This document shows, in pieces, positions 28,341-36,813 of a DNA stretch of 64,000 nt. How positions within the stretch are numbered: the stretch's first letter is position 1; each line of letters starts with the position of its first letter. The position numbers and the translations under genes were made by a program. The notes under the pieces were generated by a model. That model saw only the letters and a program-made list of their open reading frames with translations. It was not told where the DNA came from and did no database searches. This DNA comes from an uncultured Candidatus Saccharibacteria bacterium. GTDB lineage: Bacteria; Patescibacteriota; Minisyncoccia; Phycocordibacterales; JACOZG01. The DNA is taken from the NCBI GenBank assembly GCA_964648765.1, contig CAZYLF010000001.1, forward strand, positions 165,797-229,796, written 5' to 3'.

Positions 28341-28737
28341 CCACCAGTGATGAACTAAGGAGATCCTGGCTATTTTTGGGATGGAGGACAGTAGGAAAAC
28401 TTTTGTCTCCCTTCCATGCTGTTATTTCAAGTCTGCCGTCTTCCTTTTTCTCGGGCTTCAGAAAATTCACTTCTCCCTCTACTAACGGAATATGTTTGGG
28501 CCAATCTTTAGCTCTCCAGCGAGTCGGGCACTCAGGGTCAAATTCTGCCAACCAGTGAACGAAGAATTTAACCACATTTCTAACAATCACAATCTTGCTG
28601 ATGCGCGCTCGTAAGATTCGCCCATTCATATGAAGCTCAATGTCTCCACCGGTCCAAATGTCGTTTTCAACCACTTCTTCCCAAGTCATTGCATATTTCC
28701 TTTCTCTTTGACTTTTGTTCAATCCCAACTTATACAA
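28330..28737 (-). CDS. hypothetical protein, translationally coupled upstream partner of the DNPH1-like gene
   Basis: 135 aa ORF overlapping the downstream gene by 11 nt. No recognisable motifs. Confidence 0.5.
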   Translation of the reverse strand: MYKLGLNKSQRERKYAMTWEEVVENDIWTGGDIELHMNGRILRARISKIVIVRNVVKFFVHWLAEFDPECPTRWRAKDWPKHIPLVEGEVNFLKPEKKEDGRLEITAWKGDKSFPTVLHPKNSQDLLSSSLVVGL

Positions 28738-28788
28738 CTAACATAAAAAAGCCCGCCATGCACCATTTGGTTCATGACGGGCCTACGG
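28736..28788 (-). repeat. intergenic terminator repeat (copy 3 of 3, diverged 3' half)
   Basis: AACTAACATAAAAAAGCCCGCCATGCA is shared with copies 1 and 2, followed by a degenerate palindrome. Lies 3' of the stop of the 28790..29146 gene. Confidence 0.65.
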
Positions 28789-28789
28789 T

Positions 28790-29146
28790 TTACTCGTTCT
28801 TACATTCTTTGCAAAACAAGGATCCGTGATAGTGTTGCCTAGTGACAGTTCTCCTTAATCCTCCGATTGCCCAGTGATTACTTCGCAGTGGCGTGCGTGA
28901 TCCCGCTTGCTTCAAGTGGACTATTTTAACCACTCTCTCGTAAGCGACTTTTGCTGACAGACAGAAGTCATTACTGCACCGATATTTCACTCCACGACTT
29001 TCTTTTGCTCGCTTCTCACTATGCTTTTTATTGCGCAAACGAAAGGCAACTTCAAATTTTTGGGGCCTCGATTCTCCTTCTTTGTCATCCCAACGCCGCG
29101 GCTTTCTTAGTGTTACAACTTGTTTCAGAATTTTACTCACATTCAC
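28790..29146 (-). CDS. small basic hypothetical protein with Cys4 zinc-ribbon-like arrangement (possible HNH-like)
   Basis: 118 aa, K/R-rich N-terminus. C-x4-C ... H ... NH ... HYH ... CxxC spacing is loosely reminiscent of small HNH/zinc-ribbon nucleic-acid-binding proteins. Confidence 0.45.
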   Translation of the reverse strand: MNVSKILKQVVTLRKPRRWDDKEGESRPQKFEVAFRLRNKKHSEKRAKESRGVKYRCSNDFCLSAKVAYERVVKIVHLKQAGSRTPLRSNHWAIGGLRRTVTRQHYHGSLFCKECKNE

Positions 29147-29287
29147 CTCCTATATTAAAATTGCAATTGGTCCTAACTGCCATTAAGTGTAACAAAAATA
29201 TTTTTTAAAATCCTTGCATTTTTGACAGTAAACATTATCCTTATCTCGGGGTTAATTTAACATGGCTATTCATGAAAGGAGGCCAGA

Positions 29288-29965
29288 ATGGTCTTTGAGC
29301 AAAACACTGATGTACCTGTTATTGCCATTGATGGCGTGGCGGGGGTAGGTAAGAGTGCTGTGGCGGAACATGTGGCCAAAATCACAGGATTCAATTTGCT
29401 GAAGAGTGGCTTACTCTACCGCTTTATCGGACTTGAATGTAAGAGGCTGGGTGTCACCGCACATTCCGAAATGGGCGATTTGGCAAGAAGTATCAAATTC
29501 AACTTTCACGGAACAGCATTATTTGCTGATGGAGTGGATGTTACTGATTTGGTTGGCACTCACGAGGCAGGTAAAGCCGCAGCTATTGTGGCTAAGGTTC
29601 AAGAGGTGAGACTTGCCGTCAGGATTACTCAACTGGCAATGAGGGATGGTGTTGGTTTGGTGGCTGAAGGTCGCGACATGGGAGAGATATTTGAAGACCC
29701 CAATATTTATCGGGTCTTCCTAATTGCTAGCCCTATGGTGAGGACAAGTCGTCGCTATGACCAGTTGGTTAAAGCGAGCCAGATCGCAGATCGAGCAGAA
29801 ATTTTAGGTAGTTTGATTGATCGCGATAGGGCAGATACTACTCGCGAGGTTGCACCACTTAAGGTGCACCCTTTGGCTGTCACAATCAATACTGATGAGA
29901 TGACACTTGATGAGGTGGTGGGCAAAGCACTCTCGTTGATTGATCGCAAGGTCGTTCGTGTTTAA
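29288..29965 (+). CDS. cmk: cytidylate kinase
   Basis: VIAIDGVAGVGKSAVAEHVAK...LKSGLLYR P-loop/NMP region and the GRDMGEIFEDPNIYRVFLIASPMVRTSRRY LID region. Preceded by the RBS AAAGGAGG. Confidence 0.85.
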   Translation: MVFEQNTDVPVIAIDGVAGVGKSAVAEHVAKITGFNLLKSGLLYRFIGLECKRLGVTAHSEMGDLARSIKFNFHGTALFADGVDVTDLVGTHEAGKAAAIVAKVQEVRLAVRITQLAMRDGVGLVAEGRDMGEIFEDPNIYRVFLIASPMVRTSRRYDQLVKASQIADRAEILGSLIDRDRADTTREVAPLKVHPLAVTINTDEMTLDEVVGKALSLIDRKVVRV

Positions 29966-29982
29966 ACATAAGGAAAGAAAGT

Positions 29983-30020
29983 TAGCCCTGTACCATGCGG
30001 TACAGGGCTTTTTAATTTTT
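29983..30020 (+). terminator. rho-independent terminator after cmk
   Basis: AGCCCTGTACC, an ATGC loop, GGTACAGGGCT, followed by TTTTTAATTTTT. Confidence 0.65.
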
Positions 30021-30028
30021 AAAAAAAC

Positions 30029-30361
30029 CTAAGCAAATCGCGCGAGGAGAATGAGAGAGATTATAGCGAGGATGATACCTAACGCTTCGTAATGATTTAA
30101 AGATTCCTTAAAATATCCAACACTCAGAATTGTTAAGAAGAGAACGGTGCCGAGCGCGTAGAAAACGCCAAGGGTGGAGAGTTTAACGTGACGCATCACG
30201 AAGAACCAGCCGAAGGCTGTGGAAGCGTAAATTACAAGGCCGAGTAAAAATATTTTTAAATTTGCCGGCGACTTTACGCTAGAAAGTTTAATAAAAAAGT
30301 CACCGAGCACGCCAATTAGAGCCAACCCCACCACCGCTCCGAGCCAGATTAAAGAATTCAT
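30029..30361 (-). CDS. small multidrug resistance (SMR/EmrE-like) family 4-TM transporter
   Basis: 110 aa, four predicted TM helices, conserved membrane-embedded Glu-like position early in TM1. Confidence 0.65.
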   Translation of the reverse strand: MNSLIWLGAVVGLALIGVLGDFFIKLSSVKSPANLKIFLLGLVIYASTAFGWFFVMRHVKLSTLGVFYALGTVLFLTILSVGYFKESLNHYEALGIILAIISLILLARFA

Positions 30362-30397
30362 GTGGGGGAGTATAGCATGGAGATTTTGAAAAAAATT

Positions 30398-30445
30398 AAC
30401 AAAAGAAAAGCCGCGAGAGATGCGTTGAGATATAAATCTCGCGGC
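30398..30445 (-). terminator. terminator of the 30469..30891 gene (minus strand)
   Basis: GCCGCGAGA / TCTCGCGGC 9-bp stem. A plus-strand A/G-run 5' of it reads as a U-rich tail on the minus strand. Confidence 0.5.
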
Positions 30446-30468
30446 TTCTCTCGCGGTTTGTTGACGAC

Positions 30469-30891
30469 CTAGTGTCGATCGCTAACTGCTTGACCGATCA
30501 CCATGTTTGCCTGTTTCAAGGTCTGAGAAATACTTGAGGTAATTTGTTTGGCCATACCCCGAAGATTTTCAGACATCGCTTTGTCAAAAGCTTGCTGAAT
30601 GATCCGTGAATCCGGTTCCGCAACATTATAATGGAATTGCGTTCCCGTTCCTGGGGTATGTGATAGGACGCCGATTTCGTAGGCGAATTCGCGGGCTTGG
30701 TAAAAGTTCATGACCCGACGATCTGGTCCATTGGGGTTGAGGGCTAAAAAGATTGTTTCGTTCAGCGTCATGTTAGACATCTGACCCTTATCTGCTAGCT
30801 CACCGACTTTGTCGAGGAGCACCTTGAGTGCCTGAACGACCCCGTCATAGACTCCCAGTTCTTCCATCGCCACCGTCACTTCAAACTTCAT
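30469..30891 (-). CDS. hypothetical protein
   Basis: Start chosen at MKFEVTV, which is preceded by AAAGGAGAACAAGG. The track ORF extends to 30957 without RBS support. Confidence 0.55.
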   Translation of the reverse strand: MKFEVTVAMEELGVYDGVVQALKVLLDKVGELADKGQMSNMTLNETIFLALNPNGPDRRVMNFYQAREFAYEIGVLSHTPGTGTQFHYNVAEPDSRIIQQAFDKAMSENLRGMAKQITSSISQTLKQANMVIGQAVSDRH

Positions 30892-30983
30892 CCTTGTTCT
30901 CCTTTCGAGCTGTAAAAGTACCAATTTAATAGGTTTTAGAGGCAATCTGCCCAGCAAAAACCACCTAGCTTAAAGTAGCATAT

Positions 30984-31012
30984 TTGCTACAAAAAGTCAA
31001 TGATGCTATAAT
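30984..31012 (+). promoter_or_regulatory. sigma-70-like promoter for smpB (near-leaderless)
   Basis: TTGCTA (-35), a 17-nt spacer, TATAAT (-10) ending 6 nt before the smpB ATG. Confidence 0.5.
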
Positions 31013-31018
31013 CGCCCT

Positions 31019-31468
31019 ATGAGTCAATGGAGTTACAACAAAGAAGCACTGTTTAACTACGAAGTCTTGGAAAAGTTCGAGGCGGGGGTGGAACTTTTAG
31101 GCTTTGAGGTTAAAGCGATAAAAGCGGGTAAAATGAACTTGGCCGGAAGCCACGTGGGAGTTCGTGGCGGCGAAGCATTTTTAATCGGTGCCTCAATCGC
31201 CCCGTACCAAACGGCCAATACTCCAGAAGATTATGAACCTACCCGCGTGCGCAAACTACTTTTAAATAAATCAGAGCTCGCGCAACTCGCCGGTTTTGAA
31301 TCTAAAAAGGGGTTGACAATTATCCCAATTTCTGTTTATAATAAAGGGCGACGAATAAAGTTAGAAGTCGCCGTAGCTCGCGGTAAAAAGCGCTTCGACA
31401 AGCGCCAAACAATCAAGAAGCGCGAGACAGACATTGAGATCAGGAGAACTTTGAAAAATCGAGAATAA
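31019..31468 (+). CDS. smpB: SsrA-binding protein SmpB
   Basis: VELLGFEVKAIKAGKMNLAGSHVGVRGGEAFLIGASIAPY conserved SmpB core. Adjacent to the tmRNA gene. Confidence 0.92.
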   Translation: MSQWSYNKEALFNYEVLEKFEAGVELLGFEVKAIKAGKMNLAGSHVGVRGGEAFLIGASIAPYQTANTPEDYEPTRVRKLLLNKSELAQLAGFESKKGLTIIPISVYNKGRRIKLEVAVARGKKRFDKRQTIKKRETDIEIRRTLKNRE

Positions 31469-31478
31469 TTTCGCATAC

Positions 31479-31878
31479 GGGGATGATTTGGCTTCGACGA
31501 TAGAGCCAGCTCCAAGATTGCAAGCCGAGTTGCCAACACTCGTAAAAAATTGGCAACGCAAATAAGTGCTAACTTATCTGCAAAGGTAAAGGGTTTGGTG
31601 AAATCACCTTATCCTTTAACTCCAGCTTTCGCTTTAGCCTAAGCTGGCGTCTACTCTTGCTGACTTCCGATGAGCTTGAGTGGGTGTCATAAATTTCGGG
31701 ATAGTGTTCCTTGTGACTCCCGAGGAAACACGAACCCCGCCACAAGTGGGGAATGGAGAATCGGCACGAGAGAATTTTGATTATTTAATATCTCTCGCGC
31801 TTAAATATTTAAATAGTCTACGCTTGTAGATGGTCTAGAGTTACTCATTCGCACCCGGGTTCGATTCCCGGCATCTCC
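31479..31878 (+). ncRNA. ssrA: tmRNA (transfer-messenger RNA)
   Basis: 5' GGGGATGATTTGGCTTCGACG, typical tmRNA start. 3' tRNA-like end CCCGGGTTCGATTCCCGG-CATCTCC-A forms an acceptor stem with the 5' end (GGGGATG/CATCTCC). Candidate tag frame ends ...LTPAFALA*. Sits immediately downstream of smpB. Confidence 0.85.
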
Positions 31879-31885
31879 ACACGCC

Positions 31886-31918
31886 GCAAAAAAGACTACC
31901 TTAATTGGTAGTTTTTTT
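31886..31918 (+). terminator. terminator after tmRNA
   Basis: AAGACTACC, a TTAATT loop, GGTAGTTTT stem followed by a T-run. Confidence 0.55.
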
Positions 31919-31980
31919 GTGCGCGTTGGTAATTTTTATGTCCTAGCCACGGCTTGAATTTTAAGTATAATGGCTTAAAT

Positions 31981-33873
31981 ATGGCAAAAAAGTCAAAAAA
32001 ACAAGCATCATTGTGGGGGCAATTCGGCGGGCAGTTGATGACGGCCGTTTTGATTATTTTAATGGTGGTTAGCCTTTATTCTCTGGTGTCTGAGGGGGTC
32101 AAACCCGGGCCTGAGGCTATCACTTTTTCTGAAGTAGCCAAGAGTGTGAGCGCAGGCGAGGTAACCAAGATCATTGTGGCTGGCAACGAGCTTAAGGTGG
32201 AACTTAAGTCAGGCGAGGAGAAGAAGTCGATTAAGGAGTCTGAATCTTCACTCACTGAAGCCCTCGCCAATTACGGAGTCACTGAAGCCCAGTTACAAAA
32301 TTTAAACGTGGCGGTAGAGAGTCCTAGCGGCCTCTCATTCTGGCTTTTAAATCTTTTGCCAATTTTGATTCCAATTATTTTTGTTCTCTTTATTTTTTGG
32401 TCGATTTCCAAGCAAGTTCGCGGGGCGAGTATGCAAGCTTTTACCTTCGGTCAATCTAAGGCGCGGATGATTGATCCTAATGATGTTGGGCAGCGGATTA
32501 CTTTCAAAGACGTGGCCGGCGTGCGCGAGGCTAAAGAAGAACTTTTAGAAATTGTGGATTTTTTGAAGAATCCTAAAAAGTTTTTGGACATTGGCGCTAA
32601 AATTCCCAAAGGAGTTTTGCTTATGGGTGCACCAGGCACAGGTAAAACTTTACTTGCTCGAGCCGTGGCTGGTGAGGCCGAGGTGCCATTCTTCCACCTC
32701 TCTGGTTCAGAATTTGTGGAGATGTTTGTGGGTGTGGGGGCCAGTCGCGTGCGTGATTTATTTAAAATGGCGAAGAAGGCGGCGCCAGCGATTATTTTCA
32801 TTGATGAGATCGACGCGATTGGCCGACATCGTGGTTCGGGTATGGGTGGCGGCAATGACGAGCGTGAGCAAACCTTAAACCAGATCTTGGTAGAGATGGA
32901 TGGCTTTGAGCCTACCGAAAAGTTGATCGTGATGGCGGCCACTAACCGCCCCGACGTGCTGGATGTGGCGCTTCTTCGTCCAGGGCGTTTTGATCGGCGA
33001 GTGATGCTTGATAAGCCCGACATTCGTGATCGAGAAGAAATTCTCCAGATTTACGCTCGCAAAAAGCCGATGGGCGCAGATGTAAACTTGCGCGTGATTG
33101 CTGAGCGCACGCCCGGCTTCTCTGGCGCAGACCTGGCCAACGTGATGAACGAGGGCGCGATTTTGGCCGCGCGCGAGAATCGTAAAGAGATCACCCAATA
33201 TGATCTGATCCGCAGTGTGGAGAAGGTGATTTTGGGTCCAGAACGGAAGAGTCACATCCTCTCGCCAAAAGAGAAGCGGATCACGGCCTATCATGAGATT
33301 GGCCATGCTCTGGTGGCGTCATTGCTCCCCAATGCTGATCCGGTGCACAAAGTTTCAATAATCTCGCGCGGACACGCGGCTGGTTACACACTCAAATTAC
33401 CTTTTGAAGATAAAAAGTTAGAATCCAAAAAAGAATTTTTAGATGATATTGCGATGTCGCTCGGCGGTTACGCGGTGGAGCAGTTGGTGTTTGGCGATAT
33501 CACCACTGGTGCTTCCAACGATATTGCTGTGGCCACCTCAATGGCGCGCGATATGGTCACACGTTATGGCATGAGTGATAAACTCGGGCCGGTAGCTTAT
33601 GATATGGGCTCACAAAAATATTTAAACGGTGGTGGTGCGGTGGCCGAGAAAGTTTCTTCAGAATCTGTGTCGGCGATGATTGATGCGGAAGTTTCTGAGA
33701 TTATGAATCAAGCGCTCACGCGCGCTCGAGAACTGGTGACCACTAATCGTAAAGTGTTAGATAATATGTCTGAGGAACTTATTAAAGTGGAAACCATCGA
33801 TCGCGAAGACTTCGAAAAACTGTTAATCTTAAACGGGATTAAACCTAAGGAGAGGATAATATCCGCGGCTTAG
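31981..33873 (+). CDS. ftsH: ATP-dependent zinc metalloprotease FtsH
   Basis: N-terminal TM pair, AAA+ Walker [19 protein letters not shown], Walker [12 protein letters not shown], and zinc site HEIGHAL. Start at MAKKSKK (31981). Confidence 0.95.
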   Translation: MAKKSKKQASLWGQFGGQLMTAVLIILMVVSLYSLVSEGVKPGPEAITFSEVAKSVSAGEVTKIIVAGNELKVELKSGEEKKSIKESESSLTEALANYGVTEAQLQNLNVAVESPSGLSFWLLNLLPILIPIIFVLFIFWSISKQVRGASMQAFTFGQSKARMIDPNDVGQRITFKDVAGVREAKEELLEIVDFLKNPKKFLDIGAKIPKGVLLMGAPGTGKTLLARAVAGEAEVPFFHLSGSEFVEMFVGVGASRVRDLFKMAKKAAPAIIFIDEIDAIGRHRGSGMGGGNDEREQTLNQILVEMDGFEPTEKLIVMAATNRPDVLDVALLRPGRFDRRVMLDKPDIRDREEILQIYARKKPMGADVNLRVIAERTPGFSGADLANVMNEGAILAARENRKEITQYDLIRSVEKVILGPERKSHILSPKEKRITAYHEIGHALVASLLPNADPVHKVSIISRGHAAGYTLKLPFEDKKLESKKEFLDDIAMSLGGYAVEQLVFGDITTGASNDIAVATSMARDMVTRYGMSDKLGPVAYDMGSQKYLNGGGAVAEKVSSESVSAMIDAEVSEIMNQALTRARELVTTNRKVLDNMSEELIKVETIDREDFEKLLILNGIKPKERIISAA

Positions 33874-33878
33874 GTTTC

Positions 33879-33950
33879 CGACCCGTAGCTCAATGGTGGA
33901 GCCGCCGTCTTATACACGGCTGGTTGTAGGTTCGAATCCTACCGGGTCGA
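33879..33950 (+). tRNA. tRNA-Ile (anticodon UAU)
   Basis: 72-nt cloverleaf: acceptor CGACCCG/CGGGTCG, D-arm GCTC-AATGGTG-GAGC, anticodon stem GCCGT/ACGGC with loop CTTATAC (UAU), T-arm GTAGG-TTCGAAT-CCTAC, discriminator A. No encoded CCA. Confidence 0.75.
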
Positions 33951-33952
33951 CA

Positions 33953-36091
33953 CTATTCAAAATGGATTTCTTTTTGTTCTGGGAGTGCAAAGATTTTTCC
34001 ACTCTCGATCATTTTTTTTGCCTCTTCGCGTGCGGCTTCCACCATCTTGAGATTTTGTAAAGCTTCCATGCCGATGTCGGAGACGCCCCATTGTTTGCCG
34101 CCACTTAAGGCGCCGGCGCCGCGGAGTTTGAGATCAATCTCGGCGAGCTCAAAGCCACTCTTAGCTTCTTTCAGTGCCTTCAAGCGTTCAATAGCTTTAC
34201 CAGTTTTTAAGTCTGTGAAAATGTAACAATAAGCTTGGTGTGAACTGCGGAGCACGCGCCCGCGGAGTTGGTGGAGTTGAGCAAGGCCGAAGCGTTCAGC
34301 GCCCTCAATAATTATGATCGTGGCGTTGGGTACGTTCACGCCAACTTCCACCACTGACGTGGCGACTAAAATATCAATTTTGCCAGCGGTAAAATCCGCC
34401 ATCACTTGCTCCTTATCTTTCGGCAGTAATTTACTGTGTACTAAACCAACTTCAAATTCCGGAAAGATTTTGGTTTGCAACCTTTCCGCTTCAGCTTTAG
34501 CCGACTTAGCTTCCACTGCTAATTCTTTGGTTGGATCTGGTTCATCTATTCTGGGGCAAATTACATAAGCCTGGCGACCAGTTTTAATTTCCGCGCGGAT
34601 TTTCTCATATGATTTTGAGCGTTCACTTTCCGGAATTATTTCCGTGATGATCGGTTTGCGACCGACAGGTGATTGGTCGAGCAAACTTAAATCAAGATCG
34701 CCGTAAACAGTGAGAGCCAAGGTGCGCGGAATCGGCGTGGCGGTCATGGAGAGGAGGTGAGGCAGGCGCTCGTGGCGGGATGCTAGTTTCGCGCGTTGTT
34801 CCACGCCGAAGCGGTGCTGCTCATCAATAATTACGTAAGCTAAGTTCTTAAACTTTACCGTTTTCTGGATAAGTGAATGTGTACCAATTAAAATCGGAAT
34901 GTCACCATTGGCTACCCATTTAAGAAGTTGCGGGCGAGAGATGTGAGTGTGGGCGGCCTTCTCTGTGCCGATGTTAATTTTAGACGGGAATTTGCGACAC
35001 TCGGTGCCGGTGATTAAACCGATATTAATATTCAAATGACGAAAGTATTGGATGAAAGATTCAAAGTGTTGACGCGCTAAAATTTCCGTCGGCACCATGT
35101 AGGCCACGCTGTGCCCGGCTTTCACCACAGCGAAGGCGGTTGAGGCGGCCACGGCCGTTTTGCCAGAGCCCACATCGCCCTCGAGCAAACGCATCATTGG
35201 TTCACCTTTGCTAAAGTCTTCAAGAATTTGTTTGATTGTGCGTTCTTGAGCGCCAGTAATTTTGAACGGGAATCTCGATACAAAATCTCTAAGCAATTCG
35301 TCGGTCACTTTAATTTTAAAGCCTTCATGTTCGCGATACTTTTGGCGTAAACTTTGGCGCGCCAACTGGATAAAAAAGATTTCTTCAAAGGCGAAACGTT
35401 TCCGTGCCACTTTTGTTTGATCCTCGGTTTGTGGTGCGTGGAGCCAAATCATTGCCGTTTTCAAGACCGGCAAATTATATTTTTCCAAAATTTCAATTGG
35501 CACCGGGTCGGCGATTTGATCTAAAATTCCGCTGGCGATTAATTGCTTAATTCGATATTCAAACCAGGCGCTAGATACACCGCGCGATTCTGGGTAAATC
35601 GCCCGCCAAAAGCTTTGCATTTGGGCGGGTCCGCCAAAATGACTTTCCGTCTTTTGGCTGGAAAATAGCGTGCCACCACCGAGATCTTCCACTCCTTCAA
35701 TCTGCGGATTAGATAAATAAATTTCATCTTTACGCTTACTAACTGTGCCCGTGAGTTTAACGGCGCGGCCAGGCGCAAACGGCTTAACCATATAGACTTG
35801 ATGGAACCAGACCGTTTTCAACTTTCCCGTTTCATCTTCAACCGTCATCTCGGCTAAAGGCATTTTCCTCCTAAAAGCCTTACCAATTTTAGTACTCAAA
35901 ACAATCCCATAAACTGAAACTTTATCTCCCTCAATTAATTCATTAATTTTCCGGACATTGGCCGGAATTTCGTGCCGAGTAGGGAAGTGATAAAGCAGAT
36001 CTTTAAGTGTCAAAATTTTCAATTTTTCCAAAGCTTTGGTTTGAGCCGGTTTTAGTCGGAAGGCGTCAGAGGCTAAGGTGTCTGGGGTCAT
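33953..36091 (-). CDS. recG: ATP-dependent DNA helicase RecG
   Basis: Wedge/OB N-terminal region, helicase motifs GDVGSGKT, DEQHRFGV and the RecG-typical C-terminal domains. Start taken at MTPDTLASDAF (36091), not the longer 36172 ORF. Confidence 0.9.
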   Translation of the reverse strand: MTPDTLASDAFRLKPAQTKALEKLKILTLKDLLYHFPTRHEIPANVRKINELIEGDKVSVYGIVLSTKIGKAFRRKMPLAEMTVEDETGKLKTVWFHQVYMVKPFAPGRAVKLTGTVSKRKDEIYLSNPQIEGVEDLGGGTLFSSQKTESHFGGPAQMQSFWRAIYPESRGVSSAWFEYRIKQLIASGILDQIADPVPIEILEKYNLPVLKTAMIWLHAPQTEDQTKVARKRFAFEEIFFIQLARQSLRQKYREHEGFKIKVTDELLRDFVSRFPFKITGAQERTIKQILEDFSKGEPMMRLLEGDVGSGKTAVAASTAFAVVKAGHSVAYMVPTEILARQHFESFIQYFRHLNINIGLITGTECRKFPSKINIGTEKAAHTHISRPQLLKWVANGDIPILIGTHSLIQKTVKFKNLAYVIIDEQHRFGVEQRAKLASRHERLPHLLSMTATPIPRTLALTVYGDLDLSLLDQSPVGRKPIITEIIPESERSKSYEKIRAEIKTGRQAYVICPRIDEPDPTKELAVEAKSAKAEAERLQTKIFPEFEVGLVHSKLLPKDKEQVMADFTAGKIDILVATSVVEVGVNVPNATIIIIEGAERFGLAQLHQLRGRVLRSSHQAYCYIFTDLKTGKAIERLKALKEAKSGFELAEIDLKLRGAGALSGGKQWGVSDIGMEALQNLKMVEAAREEAKKMIESGKIFALPEQKEIHFE

Positions 36092-36120
36092 AAATATTAA
36101 ACTATCATAACATTGATATA

Positions 36121-36149
36121 AAAAACCGCCCCGATAATACTTGGGGCGG
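36121..36149 (-). terminator. terminator of the 36162..36734 gene (minus strand)
   Basis: CCGCCCCGA / TTGGGGCGG stem. An A5 run on the plus strand gives a U-run on the minus strand. Confidence 0.5.
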
Positions 36150-36161
36150 CACGTTCGATTG

Positions 36162-36734
36162 TTACACTGCAAGGGATTTGATCCGCTGTTCCCTTACCTC
36201 TTCACTTTCGATTCTCAATTCTCCGTCTTTCACAACTAGCATTTGTGAACACCCACCATTCTTTAAACTCGGCCTCGTTTGGCTGTCGCAGTAAAAGATA
36301 GTGGCGACACTTTTTTTATGGCTGAGACGGTACTCACCATTCTTCAGAACTGCGTCGTGCGATTCGATATCCCAATGGTAATTGCACAGCAACATTCCAA
36401 AAGCGACGAAGGCTGGATCGCGGAAACCAAAACCATCTTCCCTTGATTCTCCTGGAACAAAATCGTATCCAATCAACAGGCGGTGCTCTTTGGAATGAAA
36501 ATACCTGACCATCTTGTAGCCGAGAGTGATGAGAACTTTGGGTAACTCGCTTAGGTCGATTAAACCACCGGAGCCAATCATGTATTCTTCTTTTTCCACG
36601 CCGATCGCCATGTCGTCTCTTGTTCTGTTTTCCTTACCTTCAATTCCGTCTGGGATCCAACATTGTCCGTTGACACGAAATCGAAACATTATTCTTGTGA
36701 GTTCTTTGTTACCTCTCCTAAGAATCATCCGCAT
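36162..36734 (-). CDS. hypothetical protein
   Basis: 190 aa ORF with its own terminator, divergent from the Pif1-like helicase gene. No recognisable motifs. Confidence 0.5.
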   Translation of the reverse strand: MRMILRRGNKELTRIMFRFRVNGQCWIPDGIEGKENRTRDDMAIGVEKEEYMIGSGGLIDLSELPKVLITLGYKMVRYFHSKEHRLLIGYDFVPGESREDGFGFRDPAFVAFGMLLCNYHWDIESHDAVLKNGEYRLSHKKSVATIFYCDSQTRPSLKNGGCSQMLVVKDGELRIESEEVREQRIKSLAV

Positions 36735-36813
36735 GGGAGCCTCCTAGCAAAGAGAAAAGGGAAGAAATGTACACGCTGGTGGCTATTATAGATGGATAGT
36801 TTAAAATGTCCAC

